Assembly (NCBI GenBank): GCA_963665275.2
Contig: CAXXIN010000016.1
Location: 192,001-256,000 of the forward strand
Reading direction: 5' to 3'
DNA length: 64,000 nucleotides
Source of the DNA: Negativicutes bacterium
Lineage (GTDB): Bacteria > Bacillota > Negativicutes > UBA1444
Below are positions 1 through 13,263 of this stretch, piece after piece; the stretch's first letter is position 1, and every line of letters begins with the position of its first letter. The position numbers were made by a program, and so were the translations under genes. The notes under the pieces are model-generated. The model had not been told where the DNA came from, did not search any database, and was given only the letters and a program-made list of their open reading frames with translations.

Positions 1-23
1 TTCAATACTTTGTCTTCAAACAT
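1..23 (-). CDS. 5' end of a probable zinc-ribbon (CxxC-x17-CxxC-type) small protein, running off the window
   Basis: ATG at 23 reads MFEDKVL, with AGGAGG RBS at 36-31. The N-terminus matches the MxEDKxLxCxDC zinc-ribbon family, but only 7 codons are visible. Confidence 0.55.
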
Positions 24-178
24 GGAAAATCCTCCTCTGTCATCCTGCTCAGCGGACTCGGGACGACGTGGCTTTCCGACCTCTCCGGCAGGCAAAACTA
101 GAAGAGGAGAACGGGCACGGGGTCACGGGAACGAATTTTGGGCAGGGGCGCATCGTAAATATAGTTATGCGCAATAAT

Positions 179-207
179 ACTATATCAGAATAAAAATAAT
201 GCGTCAA
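179..207 (-). promoter_or_regulatory. sigmaA-type promoter for the zinc-ribbon gene
   Basis: TTGACG-17 nt-TATAGT with a TGn extended -10 on the minus strand. Confidence 0.65.
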
Positions 208-334
208 TAATAAGGTTGCTGCCGAGGCAGGATTTTGCCGAAATAACGCGAAAATTTATTAGCTACCATATTATTTAATTAATGCGCGTCAAGTGTATCG
301 CTCGGAAGAATTTAAGAACTGGAGGTTTGAAACA

Positions 335-1444
335 ATGCTTGAAAAAGAACAGCGGATTCAGGAATATTACGATGTATTGCATGCGATGCCGGAGGTCGGG
401 TTTGAAGAACACCTCACTGCGGCGTGGTTGGCTGAAAAAGTTAAAGACGCGGGATTCACCGTGAAAACCGGCGTTGGTGGTACCGGCGTGATTGCGACGC
501 TGCAGGGAAAAGAGCCCGGCCCGACAGTCGCGCTGCGCGCCGACATGGACGCATTGCAACATACCGTTGCGGGGAAAGAGGTTTGTGTCCACTCCTGCGG
601 CCATGACTCTCACTGTTCGATGGTGCTGACCGCCGCGGAAGAACTGGCCAAAGCCGGAATCAAACGCGGAATGTTGAAGATCCTGTTCCAGCCGGCGGAA
701 GAAAAGCTGTTTGGAGCGACGCGAATGATCGAAGCTGGAGCGATCGATGACGTAGATGTGCTGCTGGGGATTCATCTCAGACCAGGGCAGGAAGCTAAGA
801 CTGGACAGGCGACTCCGGCTTTGTACCACGGGTCAAGTTATATCATGGAAGCGACCATCACCGGCCAAACGGCTCACGGCGCCCGACCCCATCTCGGTAT
901 CAATGCCATCGATGCTGCAGCCGCGGTCGTTACGGCCGTGAATGCCATCCATATCAACCCTGTGATTCCCTGTTCCTGTAAAGTGACCAAGCTGACCGCT
1001 GGCGGCGCGACCTTGAACCAGATCCCGGATAAGGCAGTAATGGCGCTGGATTGCCGGGCACAGCAAAATGATGCGATGCAGACGCTGCTATTGAAAGCTG
1101 AAGCAGCAATCAAGGCAGGGGCCGCTACGGTAGGCGCCACGGCGGAGACCGTAGTGAAGGGCGGCGTTCCTGGCGCGGAATACCATCCGGAAATCATCGA
1201 ACTGGCGCGGGAAGCGATCAGGGCGGTGTTGGGCGAGCAAGGTTTGCTGGACCCAATCATAACTCCTGGAGGCGAAGATTTTCATAACTTCGTGAAAGCC
1301 AAACCTTCTCTGAAAGCCGGTTATATTGGGCTTGGCTGCAACCTGACGCCGGGACTGCACGATCCGTCGATGAAATTCGATCGGTCGGCCATGATCAATG
1401 GCGCTGACATCTTGACGGTGATGGTGGGGAAATTGCTGAAATAA
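335..1444 (+). CDS. M20 family amidohydrolase
   Basis: RADMDAL, HSCGHD, FQPAEE, GGEDF and LH motifs; GGAGG RBS before ATG 335. Confidence 0.92.
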   Translation: MLEKEQRIQEYYDVLHAMPEVGFEEHLTAAWLAEKVKDAGFTVKTGVGGTGVIATLQGKEPGPTVALRADMDALQHTVAGKEVCVHSCGHDSHCSMVLTAAEELAKAGIKRGMLKILFQPAEEKLFGATRMIEAGAIDDVDVLLGIHLRPGQEAKTGQATPALYHGSSYIMEATITGQTAHGARPHLGINAIDAAAAVVTAVNAIHINPVIPCSCKVTKLTAGGATLNQIPDKAVMALDCRAQQNDAMQTLLLKAEAAIKAGAATVGATAETVVKGGVPGAEYHPEIIELAREAIRAVLGEQGLLDPIITPGGEDFHNFVKAKPSLKAGYIGLGCNLTPGLHDPSMKFDRSAMINGADILTVMVGKLLK

Positions 1445-1488
1445 CTTAGAAACCTATTTTCGATTGTTCTGAAAGTTGATGCCTACAT

Positions 1489-1534
1489 GGAGCCGTTGGG
1501 GAACTTGCAAAAAGTTGTCTGCGGCTCTTTTTTG
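1489..1534 (+). terminator. Intrinsic terminator
   Basis: GAGCCG...CGGCTC stem followed by a T run. Confidence 0.6.
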
Positions 1535-1633
1535 CGTTAAGTGAGAACAGCGATATAATATAGCTATCAGGCAGATAAGGAATCCTGCGTAGGCAGGATT
1601 TTCATTTTTTAAAGGGTAAGGGGTCATCGAAAC

Positions 1634-3775
1634 GTGAAATTATATATTGCGGAAAAACCCAGCTTGGGAGCGGAGATCGCGAAGTATCTGCCAGGCCCGG
1701 TCAGCCGCAGGGATGGCTATATTACGACAGGCGCCGGCGTGGTTACCTGGGGTTTTGGCCACATTCTCCGTCAGGCGGAACCGGGTGAATATGATCCGAA
1801 ATATGAAAAATGGCGAATGGAAGACTTGCCGATTATTCCGGGAGACTGGAAACTGCTGGTATCGGCTTCCTGCCAAAAACAGTTCGGAGTGATCAAGAGG
1901 CTGATCGAGGAAGCGTCCGAAATCGTCCATGCCGGTGACCCGGACAGGGAAGGGCAACTGCTGATTGACGAAGTACTGGAGTATGTAGGGAACCAAAAGC
2001 CGGTTCAGAGGATCTTGCTCAATGCACTTGATGAAAAAAGCGTCAGGAAAGCGCTCGCTAATTTGCGCGACAATCACGATTTCTATGATCTGAAGCAGTC
2101 CGCGCTGGCCAGAGCTCGCGCTGATTGGCTGATCGGGATGAATTTTTCCCGGGCGTTCACACTGGCTGCCCAACGGGCCGGTCACCAGGCGACGCTGCCA
2201 GTGGGCCGGGTGAAAACTCCGACCTTGGCTCTTGTTGTCAGACGGGAGCGGGAGATAGAGAGCTTCCAGCTGGCGGATTATTTTACGGTAAAGGCCGATT
2301 TTGAACATGAAAAGGGCGTTTTCACCGCCTATTGGAAACCAGGGGACGATCAGTTGGGGCTGGATGCCGAAGGACGTCTCTCTGATGCGGCGATCGCGCA
2401 GGCGTTGCTTGATAAACTGGCTGTTCCTCCTGTCACCGCTGAGATTGTCCTATGCGAGACAACAGAGAAGAAGGAGCCGCAACGGTTGCCTTTGTCGCTT
2501 TCCTCGTTACAGGTGATGGCCGGGAAGAAGTATGGTTATGATCCGCAACTTGTTTTGGACACAGCGCAAAAACTATATGAAAAGAAGATTACCACGTATC
2601 CGCGTTCGGATTGCGATTTTTTGCCTGAATCACAATGGGACGATGCAGTCGTCATCATGGGGAATCTGTGCGGCGTCGAACTGAATGAACTTTCGGGCTG
2701 GGCCGGCCGGGCTGACATGCACATACGCAGCCGGGCCTGGAATGATAAAAAGATCACGGCCCATCATGCGATTATTCCAACGATGGAAAAATGCAATGAG
2801 AAAAGTTTGAGCGAGACCGAACGAAATCTGTATTTTCTCATAGCGCAGGCATATATCGCTCAGTTTTTTCCTGTACATGCTTACAGCCAGACGCGCATCG
2901 GAGTTCGCCACGCGGGGGAGGAGTTTTCAGCCGGAGGACGGATCGTCCGTGAACTTGGCTGGAAGGAACTTTACAGCGCGGATACCGAGGAGAAAAAGGA
3001 CGAAGACGAAGGGCTATTGCCGCCGATGAAAATGGGCGATACGGCTGATTTTCAGAAGGCGACCGCCGAGAAGAAGAGTACCCGTCCGCCCGGTAGATTT
3101 ACTGCCGCCACACTGCTCGCGGCGATGAAAGAAATCCACAAGTACGTGAAAAATCCGGAACTGAAAAAACAGCTGAAAGATGTGAGCGGTATCGGTACCG
3201 AAGCCACACGGGCCACCATCATCAAGGAGCTTGTCACGCGCGGTTTTCTCAGCGAGGAAAAGAAGAAAAAATTTCTGATTCCGACGGAGTCGGCGTATCT
3301 GCTGATTGATGCGTTGCCGGAGGAACTCACCTATCCCGACTCGACGGCTCTTTGGGAAGGCATATTGCAGCGCATGGCCGAGGGGGCGGAGAGCCTCGAA
3401 CAGTTTCTAACGCAACAGGCGGAGTTCACAGCCGGCATCTGCGCGATGGCAGCCGGTCTGAATATGATACTGAAGGGCGACCACCCCTGCCCCCAATGCG
3501 GCAAGGGCGTCTTGCGGCCGCGAAACGGCAGGAACGGAAAGTTTTGGGGTTGCTCCCAATATCCGGCGTGCAGGGCAGCGTATGACGATAAGGACGGGGA
3601 ACCGCTCAAACCGAAGTATTCCTGCCCGCGATGCAAAAGTGGGGCGCTCCAGCAGATCACAGGGAAAAACGGCGTGTTCTGGGGCTGCACGAAATACCCT
3701 GACTGCCGGACTACTTTTAATGACAGGGATGGAGCGCCGGATATGCCGGCGCCGCAAAAACAGGCGGGGGTTTAA
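1634..3775 (+). CDS. topB: DNA topoisomerase III (type IA) with C-terminal C4 zinc fingers
   Basis: IAEKPS, DPDREG, GRVKTPT, TYPRSD (catalytic Tyr), GIGTEATRA and two CPxC..FWGC repeats. Confidence 0.95.
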   Translation: MKLYIAEKPSLGAEIAKYLPGPVSRRDGYITTGAGVVTWGFGHILRQAEPGEYDPKYEKWRMEDLPIIPGDWKLLVSASCQKQFGVIKRLIEEASEIVHAGDPDREGQLLIDEVLEYVGNQKPVQRILLNALDEKSVRKALANLRDNHDFYDLKQSALARARADWLIGMNFSRAFTLAAQRAGHQATLPVGRVKTPTLALVVRREREIESFQLADYFTVKADFEHEKGVFTAYWKPGDDQLGLDAEGRLSDAAIAQALLDKLAVPPVTAEIVLCETTEKKEPQRLPLSLSSLQVMAGKKYGYDPQLVLDTAQKLYEKKITTYPRSDCDFLPESQWDDAVVIMGNLCGVELNELSGWAGRADMHIRSRAWNDKKITAHHAIIPTMEKCNEKSLSETERNLYFLIAQAYIAQFFPVHAYSQTRIGVRHAGEEFSAGGRIVRELGWKELYSADTEEKKDEDEGLLPPMKMGDTADFQKATAEKKSTRPPGRFTAATLLAAMKEIHKYVKNPELKKQLKDVSGIGTEATRATIIKELVTRGFLSEEKKKKFLIPTESAYLLIDALPEELTYPDSTALWEGILQRMAEGAESLEQFLTQQAEFTAGICAMAAGLNMILKGDHPCPQCGKGVLRPRNGRNGKFWGCSQYPACRAAYDDKDGEPLKPKYSCPRCKSGALQQITGKNGVFWGCTKYPDCRTTFNDRDGAPDMPAPQKQAGV

Positions 3776-3777
3776 GC

Positions 3778-6300
3778 GTGAACGATCTGCCAATTGACGC
3801 CGTGTTGCCGGAATTAAAAAAGACAGTTGCGGATAGGCCCCGGGTGGTACTGGTGGCCCCGCCGGGCGCCGGAAAAACCACCCGCGTGCCTTTGGCTTTG
3901 TTGAATGAGCCCTGGATGGCACGACGGAAAATCATTATGCTGGAACCCCGCAGGCTGGCTGCCCGCGCAGTTGCCAGGTATATGGCGACGCTTTTGGGTG
4001 AACCAGTGGGAAGGACTATCGGCTATCGGGTGCACCGAGATACATGCGTGAGCTCAGAAACACGAATCGAAGTTGTGACAGAGGGGGTGCTGACCCGCCT
4101 GCTGCAAAGCGATCCAGCATTAGAGGCTGCAGGACTCGTTATTTTTGATGAGTTTCATGAGCGCAGCCTGCAGGCCGATCTTGGATTGGCGCTGACTCTC
4201 CAGAGCCAGGCCTTGCTGCGGGAAGACCTGAAGATCCTGGTAATGTCGGCTACGCTGGAAACGGAGGCGGTCGCCGCATTGCTGGGAAACGCTCCAGTAA
4301 TCTGCAGCAGTGGGAAGAATTTTCCGATCCAAACCTATTATTTGCCGCGACCGGCAGAGGGCCGGGTGGAAAATAATGTTGCGACCGCAGTTCAGGAGGC
4401 TTTGCAGCAGCAAACGGGAGATATCCTTGTCTTCCTGCCCGGCGCCGGAGAGATCAGGCGTGTGGCGAGTTTGCTTGTCGGGAAAATAGAGGATGAGCAC
4501 ATCGAAATAAGCCTCCTGTACGGAGACCTTTCGCAGGCCCAGCAGGACGCGGCGCTTTTGCCGGCAAGACCCGGACAGCGCAAAATTGTGCTGGCGACTT
4601 CGATTGCTGAGACCAGTCTCACGGTGGAAGGGGTAGCGGTCGTGATTGACAGCGGACTGATGCGTGTGCCTCGGTATTCACCCCGCACCGGAATGTCGAG
4701 GTTGGCAACAGTGCCGGTATCGAGTTCTTCGGCTGATCAGCGTAGAGGCCGGGCAGGACGTCTCGCCCCAGGAAGCTGCTATCGTCTGTGGACGGAGCAG
4801 GAAGATGCCAGGCTGGCAGCGCGCAATACGCCTGAAATATTGGAGAGTGATTTGACCTCCCTCGCTCTGGAATTGGCGGCGTGGGGCATTGCCGAACCAC
4901 AGGAGCTCCAGTGGCTTGATTTGCCACCGAGCGCCGCGTGGCAACAAGCCGGAGAGTTGCTCCGAGAATTGGGGGCTCTGGACAGGAACGGGAAAATAAC
5001 TCCGCACGGCAGACAGATGAAACGGGACAGGACTGCATCCCCGGTTGGCGCACATGTTGCTGGCTTCCGCAGCCATGGGCAGGGAACAGGAGGCGTGCGC
5101 TCTGGCGGCGCTGCTCAGCGAGCGGGATGTGCTGCGCAGTACGGATGGGGCGGAAGATGTCGATCTGCGACTGCGCCTGGAGATTATCCAACAAGGGCAG
5201 GCGGGGTTGGATCAAGCCGGTTATGCGGGTCATAGCGTTGATCGGAACCGAATGGGCCCGCTTGCGGCAGGAAATCGGGTATTGGCAAAAAAGACTTGGC
5301 CTAGCCGAAAAAATGAGTTTTGACAGTAACTGTTGCGGGATTCTCCTGGCGTTGGCCTATCCTGACAGGATCGGGCAGGGTCGGGGTCGGCGGCCGTTTT
5401 TTGCTGCGGAACGGCAGAGGCGCGGCGTTGAAAGAACAGCAACCACTGGCGTCGGAGGCGTTCATCGTGGCAGCTGATCTTGGCGGATGCCGGTTCAGAC
5501 AGCCGTATCTTTTCCGCTGCGACGGTAACGGAACACGAACTGCGTCAGTATATGGCGGAACAGATCGAGAAAACGATCTCGACCGGCTGGGATGCAGGGA
5601 CGAAAAGCGTCCGCTCTCTTAAAACCGAGAAGCTCGGTGCGTTGGTTCTGAAAGAAGAACTCGTAACGCCGGAGGATGGGGAGTTGGTCTTGACAGCGCT
5701 GCTGCAGGGGATTCGGCTGGAAGGACCGGCAATATTGCCGTGGACCCACGGCAGCAGGCAACTGGCAGCACGGTTGCAGTTCATGCATCGTCTCGAGCCG
5801 GAGTGGCCGGATGTCGCGGAAGGCCAGTTGATGTTCGAGCTGGAAACCTGGCTGGCTCCTTATCTGCACGGCATCAGAAACGCACAGCAACTCAGCAGAC
5901 TCAAATTGGGCGATATTCTTGAGGCGAGGCTGACCCTGGGCGCAGAAACAACTTCTCAACGAATGGGCCCCCGACCCAGCTGGAGATTCCCAGTGGCCGT
6001 CGCGCTGCGGTTGATTATACCGACCCGGCGGCGCCGGTATTGGCGGTTAAACTACAAGAAATGTTCGGAGCGACAGAGACCCCTGTCCTTGGCGGCGGTC
6101 GTATACCAGTAACGCTTCAACTGTTGTCGCCGGCAGGTCGTCCCATACAGGTAACCCGCGATTTGGCCAGCCTTTTGGCGCACTGGATATTTCGCCGTCA
6201 AAAAGGATCTCAAGGGGAGATATCCCAAACATTACTGGCCGGAGGACCCGTTCAAGGCGGTGCCGACCACCCCGTGTCAGACCCCGGGAAGGAGATTTTT
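3778..6300 (+). CDS. hrpB: ATP-dependent helicase HrpB, split by several frameshifts (end approximate)
   Basis: [19 protein letters not shown] and QRRGRAGR. The C-terminal [19 protein letters not shown] and [13 protein letters not shown] motifs lie in successive frames. Confidence 0.9.
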
Positions 6301-6301
6301 C

Positions 6302-6760
6302 ATGAAAATCATTGTTGATGCGGATGCCTGCCCGAAAAACGCGCTGCAACTGTGCATTCAAATAGCCGGCGAACACCAGATCGCGGTTTGGACAGTAGCC
6401 AGCTTCAATCACAACATTGTGTCCGATCATCATGTCGTGGTCGGAAATGCCTCGCAGGAAGCGGATATCAAAGTGATCAATTTGAGCGAGGCCGGCGATA
6501 TCGTCATCACCCAGGACTGGGGCCTGGCCGCAATGGTTCTCGGTAAACCAGCCTTTTGCCTGAGTCCGTCCGGTCGTGAATACCGAGCCGACAACATAGA
6601 ATTTCTCATGGAAGAGCGCGAAATCAAGGCCAAGTTGCGGCGCGGAGGCGGCAGGACCAAAGGACCGGCCAAGCGCACACCCGAAGATGACCGGGTTTTC
6701 GCGGCAACGCTGCAACGAATCCTCAAGCATGCGCTGGAAACGACAAAAGGGTTCCGATGA
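6302..6760 (+). CDS. YaiI/YqxD (DUF188) family protein
   Basis: [18 protein letters not shown] and ITQDWGLA motifs; GGAG RBS. Confidence 0.9.
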   Translation: MKIIVDADACPKNALQLCIQIAGEHQIAVWTVASFNHNIVSDHHVVVGNASQEADIKVINLSEAGDIVITQDWGLAAMVLGKPAFCLSPSGREYRADNIEFLMEEREIKAKLRRGGGRTKGPAKRTPEDDRVFAATLQRILKHALETTKGFR

Positions 6761-6917
6761 CTTGCCGCATTCACCTACAGGAACAAAGGTGCTCTAGCAA
6801 TTTGATATAGCATAGGATTCTGCGCTGCAGGGGAAAATGAACCTGCGAGAGAATTAAGTAGGCAGGGAACTGATTCAGTAAAGTTGGACAGCTTGTCGGA
6901 GGGTCAAAGGAGGGCGT

Positions 6918-9863
6918 ATGAAACGATTCGTTGATTTGAAAGCGCGCTTTTCGGGTGTGCATGATCTGATTAAGTTCAGGGTTACTGAAATATTGCTGAT
7001 CTCAACCGTGTACGATGGGTTTGTTCTGGAGGAAGATGGCGGGCTGGCAGAACAGATTTACCATCAGTTCTCCGACTTGAGCCTGCCCTTCATCCCGCGG
7101 ATTCACAGGGTATCCGGGCAGGACGAAGCAATGGAAGAACTCGCTACACGTCCGATTCACCTGATCATCACGATGTCCCGGATCAGCGATATGGAATCCT
7201 TTGAATTTGAAAAATCGATCAAAATTGCTTATCCCGACATTCCCATTGTAATGCTATCTTATGACAGGCTGACTCCGGACATGATCGCCATCATCAGAAA
7301 CAATCCGTGCATCGACAGGGCTTTTCATTGGTCGGGGGACAGCAAGATACTACTTGCCATCATCAAATACATCGAAGATGCGAAGAACGTGGAAGAGGAC
7401 AGCAAGCAGGGCGTGCAGGTGATCCTGCTGGTAGAAGATTCGCCGATCTATTATTCGCGGATTTTGCCAATTATTTATACCGAAATTTTGACGCAAACCC
7501 GGCATCTGCTGTTGCATGCCATGAACGTCAATCACGGTCTGCTCCGCATCCGGCTGCGGCCGAAGATTCTGCTCGCGGAATCTTACGAAGAGGCAATGTC
7601 GATCATCTACACATATCGTAACAACTTGTTGGGCGTTATTTCTGATGTCCGGTTTCCCAAAGATGGAGAAATCAACCCAACTGCTGGCTTCGAACTCGCT
7701 CGGCAGGTTAGAGCGTTGATCAGCAATTTTCCGGTGCTGCTGCAGTCGGAGGAAATACAGCATGCGGCGCAAGCCCGGGCAATCAATGTGCATTTTTTGG
7801 ACAAAAATTCACCGAATCTGCTGCATGAGTTGCGCACTTTTATTTTGGAGAATTATGGCTTCGGTCCTTTCGTTTTCCGTTACCCGGACGGCCGGGCCAT
7901 CGATGAAGCCAGCGATATCACTAACTTGGAGCGGATCATTCGTGATCTGCCGGACGAAAGCCTTTACTATCATGCGGTCAACAATCATTTTTCTCGCTGG
8001 TTCAGGGCCGGACTGAATTCGAAGTGGCGGACAAGCTGAGGCTAGTGGACGCAACGGACGTCTATAATATTGCCGATATCCGAACCTATATCCTGAATGT
8101 ACTGAATGCCTATTTCCAGCGATATCAATCCGGCGTAATCCTTGACTTTCGAAGGACTCTCTAAAAAAGACATGGAAAATGCCTTTATCAAGCTGGGGAC
8201 GGGTTCCTTGGGCGGAAAAGCCAGAGGGATAGCCTTTATCAATTCCATGATTACGAAGGCCTTCCTGACAGACAAATATGAAGATATCAAAGTGAAGGTT
8301 CCTCGGTCTTTTGTAATCTGCAGTGATGTTTTTGAAAAATTTATCGAAGATAATAATCTTTACAATTTTACTGCCCAAGCACCCGCGGAAGAAGTGATCG
8401 CGCAAAAGTTCGTGCAATGTGACTTGCTGGCTTCGATTCAGGAGAATCTACGTGTTTTGACTCAAGTGATCACTTGTCCGCTGGCGGTCCGTTCGTCGAG
8501 CATCCTCGAGGATTCAAGGGTGCTGCCGTTCGCAGGTATCTATAAAACTTATATTGTGCCCAATAGTCACGAAAACCCTGAAATCCGCTACAAGCAACTT
8601 TGTGACGCGGTCAAACTTGTATACGCGTCAGTTTTTTATGCGGCACCGATGCAATATGCAGGGAACGCCGATATCCGGATCGAGGAAGAAAAAATGGCCG
8701 TCTTGATCCAGGAGCTGGTCGGTGAAAGTCATGGCGATCTCTATTATCCAGCCATCTCCGGCGTAGCCCAGTCTTACAATTTTTACCCCTATTACCCGAT
8801 GACGCCCGAAGAAGGAACGGTCAGTCTGGCCCTGGGGCTGGGAAAGATTATTGTTGAAGGCGAACAGGTATACCGTTTCTCGCCGGATCATCCCAAAATG
8901 AATCCGTTGTTTGCCAGTCCGGAAGATTACCTGAAAAAATCGCAAAATGGGTTTTATGCACTCAATCTCAAAACTTCTGCGGAAACTGCGCTATGCGCCG
9001 ATGATGCTTGCAATTACGAAAAGTTGCCGATTTCTCAGGCAGATGCGGATCAGTCACTGGATTATGTGGGCAGCACCTATTCTGCTGAAAATGACTGTAT
9101 TTATGACAATGTGAACCAACCGGGTCCCAAGCTTGTGACGTTCGCACCGATTCTGAAATATAACCGGCTGCCACTGACGAACATTATCAAAGATTTCCTG
9201 GGCCTCGGAAAACAAGCTTTCAGCGCCAATATTGAAATTGAATTCGCCGTCAATATTCCTAAGGATAAAAGCAAACCCAAAGAATTTTATTTCTTGCAGA
9301 TCCGGCCCATGGTAGTCGGCAGGGAAGCGGTTCAGGTCAAAATTGATGATCGGCGGGATGCTTGGTGCTTCAGCCACCGCACGATCGGCAATGGCTTTTA
9401 TTCCAATATCCGCGATATTATTTTTGTTGATCCGGAAACTTTTCGGCTGCAGGACAGTGACCAGATTGCCAGTGAAATCGGTGAGCTCAACAGCCTGTTA
9501 TTCAAGGAAGGGCGACGGTGCATCCTCATCGGATTCGGCAGGCTGGGGACTTCCGACCGATGGTTGGGCATACCTCTGACCTGGGCGCAAATGTCGCAGG
9601 CGCGAATTGTCGTGGAAGCCGACCGCAAGGAACTGCGGCCGGAACCTTCATTGGGCAGTCATTTCTTTCATAATCTGACAGCTACCAATATGGGCTATTT
9701 CCACATTCAATATGAAAATGAAGCGGAAGCGCAGTTGGATTGGGAGTGGTTGTTGCAGCAGCCGATCTGGAAACAGACGAAATATGTAAAGTTGATCAGG
9801 CGTGATGAGCCTTTCCTAGTCAAGATCGACGGGAGAAATTTCAACGGAATAATATATAAATGA
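6918..9863 (+). CDS. Receiver-like plus PEP/pyruvate-binding (PPDK_N-like) domain protein, frameshifted near 8.0-8.15 kb
   Basis: Receiver-like ILLVEDS..ISDVRFP, followed by GSLGGKARG, AVRSSSILED, FAGIYKTY, EIEFAV and LQIRP. Confidence 0.85.
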
Positions 9864-10095
9864 GATGACGACTGGCTTCAATGAGTATTGGAGCCGCTTT
9901 TTTTCACAGAACAACCGGAAGAACAAAATCGTTAAATATCACGAAAATAGGGGATAATGCGAGCTGAACAGAGATGATGTGCCATAATAACGGCGCAGAT
10001 GTCTGAAAATTGTACCAACATTGTGTATACAAAATTCTAAATGCGTTGTAAAATAAAGACAACCGCACAACAAGCAAGTTCGTTGTAATATGTAA

Positions 10096-11493
<1,398 letters not shown>

Positions 11494-11507
11494 TAAGCCT
11501 CTGCCAA

Positions 11508-11558
11508 AGAACGGGATCCCCGCAGCTGAAAGAGCTCGGGGATCCCGTTCTTTATTTT
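11508..11558 (+). terminator. Intrinsic terminator after gdhA
   Basis: AGAACGGGATCCCCG...CGGGGATCCCGTTCT followed by a T-rich tail. Confidence 0.85.
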
Positions 11559-11656
11559 AGACTGAAATTGCCCGTTTGAAAGGAATTGTTCGGGAATATG
11601 GCGAAGAATAACAACGACTGAAATTCGAATCTAATTGTACGAGGGAGGAAAATTAA

Positions 11657-12091
11657 GTGGCAAAACGAGGAATGCTGATTGTGTCGGTAATGCTGGTCGT
11701 GTTGCTTTTGTTTAGCCTGACTGCTTTTGCAGCGCCTGTGAGGTATGGTGTGAAATCAAAGATCGGCGGCACGCAATACGGGGCTACGCAGGAAATCGGG
11801 CACTTCACGGTTGGCGCTGGAGGATCGGCCAGCGCATTTCAGGGCGGTTCCAATGTGATTTCCTCAGCGGAAAGCCGGGAAATCGGATATGGATTTATTA
11901 TTGAAAAAATCGGGTACGGCAGCGAAAAAAGCGTGACCGTGTTCGAGCGAAGCTGGAATGGTCGGAAGGATTCACCAGTGGCGTTTACGAACTTGGTGCT
12001 GGGACCGGGATATTATGCGCTTCTTGTGGGCGGGCGTCCTGGTTCGTCAGTTGAAATCAGTTTCACCGGAGTCAATGTGAAAGTGGACTGA
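11657..12091 (+). CDS. Secreted hypothetical protein
   Basis: GGAGG RBS, Sec signal peptide ending AFA, beta-rich mature region. Confidence 0.7.
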   Translation: MAKRGMLIVSVMLVVLLLFSLTAFAAPVRYGVKSKIGGTQYGATQEIGHFTVGAGGSASAFQGGSNVISSAESREIGYGFIIEKIGYGSEKSVTVFERSWNGRKDSPVAFTNLVLGPGYYALLVGGRPGSSVEISFTGVNVKVD

Positions 12092-12181
12092 ACCCGACAA
12101 AGGTTAAATCGGGGGGCAAATCTTTCATGAAGATTTGCCCCCTTGCCATGAAGAGCGCCGACGTTGAAAAGGGGACGAATC

Positions 12182-13246
12182 ATGAGAAACAACTCGCCGT
12201 ATAATGACATCGCCCGTACGACGCTGGCCGTCTTGTCAATAGGGATCCTTATCGTCGCAGTCTTCTGGATCATTAAGCCTTTTCTGCTGGCGATGGTCTG
12301 GGCAAGCATGTACGTGGTAGCCACTTGGCCGCTCCTGATCCGGCTGGAGAAACTGCTCTGGGGGAAGCGCGGACTTGCTGCCGCTGCCATGACGGTTATG
12401 CTGGCGTTGGTCTTTGTGGTGCCGATGGTAGCGGCTTTGAGTATCATTGAGGCTAACCTGGATAGGATCGTGGCGTGGCTGACTTTCATGAACAGCTTCT
12501 CTCTGCCGCCGCCGCCTCATTGGGTGGAGGCGCTGCCGATCATCGGCTCGAAGTTGTCGGCCATATGGCACGAGGCTTCAGTGGCCGGAGCGGCGGAACT
12601 GTCGGTGCAGGTCGTGCCGAACGCCGAGAAAATCGCAACCTGGTTCATTGGCCAGGCAGGGACCTTGGGCAAGACCACTTTTGATTTCCTGCTGACGGTG
12701 ATAATCGCCGGGGTTCTCTATTCCACAGGGGACGGGGCAGCGAAAGGAGTGCTGCGATTCGCGCGCCGCCTCGCCGGTGACCGCGGAGAGATCGTGATGA
12801 TCCTCGCCGCCCGGACAGTTCGGGGCGTGGCTCTCGGAGTCGTTGTGACCGCCTTGGTACAATCTGCTGCGGGCGGTATTGGGTTGGCTTTCGCCGGTGT
12901 GCCCGCTGCGTCACTGCTGAGCGCGGTGATGTTTATCCTCTGCCTTGTTCAGTTGGGGCCTGCCCTGATCATGTTCCCGGCGGCTATATGGCTTTTCTGG
13001 AGTGGACATACGATCGGGGGTGCGGTATTGTTCTTGTGGGCGATCATGGTGAGCACCATAGACAACTTTCTGCGGCCGATGCTCATCAGGAAGAGCGTCG
13101 ACATTCCGACGCTTTTGATATTTCCGGGTGTTATCGGCGGATTAATGGCGCTCGGCATCATCGGCGTTTTCATCGGTCCGGTGATACTGGCAGTAACCTA
13201 CAGCCTCATTTCGGCTTGGGTTCAGGACGTTGAGGAGCACGACTAG
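12182..13246 (+). CDS. AI-2E family transporter (YdiK-like)
   Basis: Multiple TM segments, IDNFLRPMLI, GVIGG and GVFIGPVILA motifs. Confidence 0.88.
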   Translation: MRNNSPYNDIARTTLAVLSIGILIVAVFWIIKPFLLAMVWASMYVVATWPLLIRLEKLLWGKRGLAAAAMTVMLALVFVVPMVAALSIIEANLDRIVAWLTFMNSFSLPPPPHWVEALPIIGSKLSAIWHEASVAGAAELSVQVVPNAEKIATWFIGQAGTLGKTTFDFLLTVIIAGVLYSTGDGAAKGVLRFARRLAGDRGEIVMILAARTVRGVALGVVVTALVQSAAGGIGLAFAGVPAASLLSAVMFILCLVQLGPALIMFPAAIWLFWSGHTIGGAVLFLWAIMVSTIDNFLRPMLIRKSVDIPTLLIFPGVIGGLMALGIIGVFIGPVILAVTYSLISAWVQDVEEHD

Positions 13247-13263
13247 AGACCCTGCCGAGAAAT

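Noticed and set aside
6180-6760. HrpB-YqxD fusion
   Set aside because: The yqxD-like gene has its own RBS and canonical [11 protein letters not shown] start. The shared frame is probably due to another indel at the end of hrpB.
9996-10010. CodY box upstream of gdhA
   Set aside because: It matches AATTTTCWGAAAATT at only 12 of 15 positions in AT-rich DNA, which is too weak to call.
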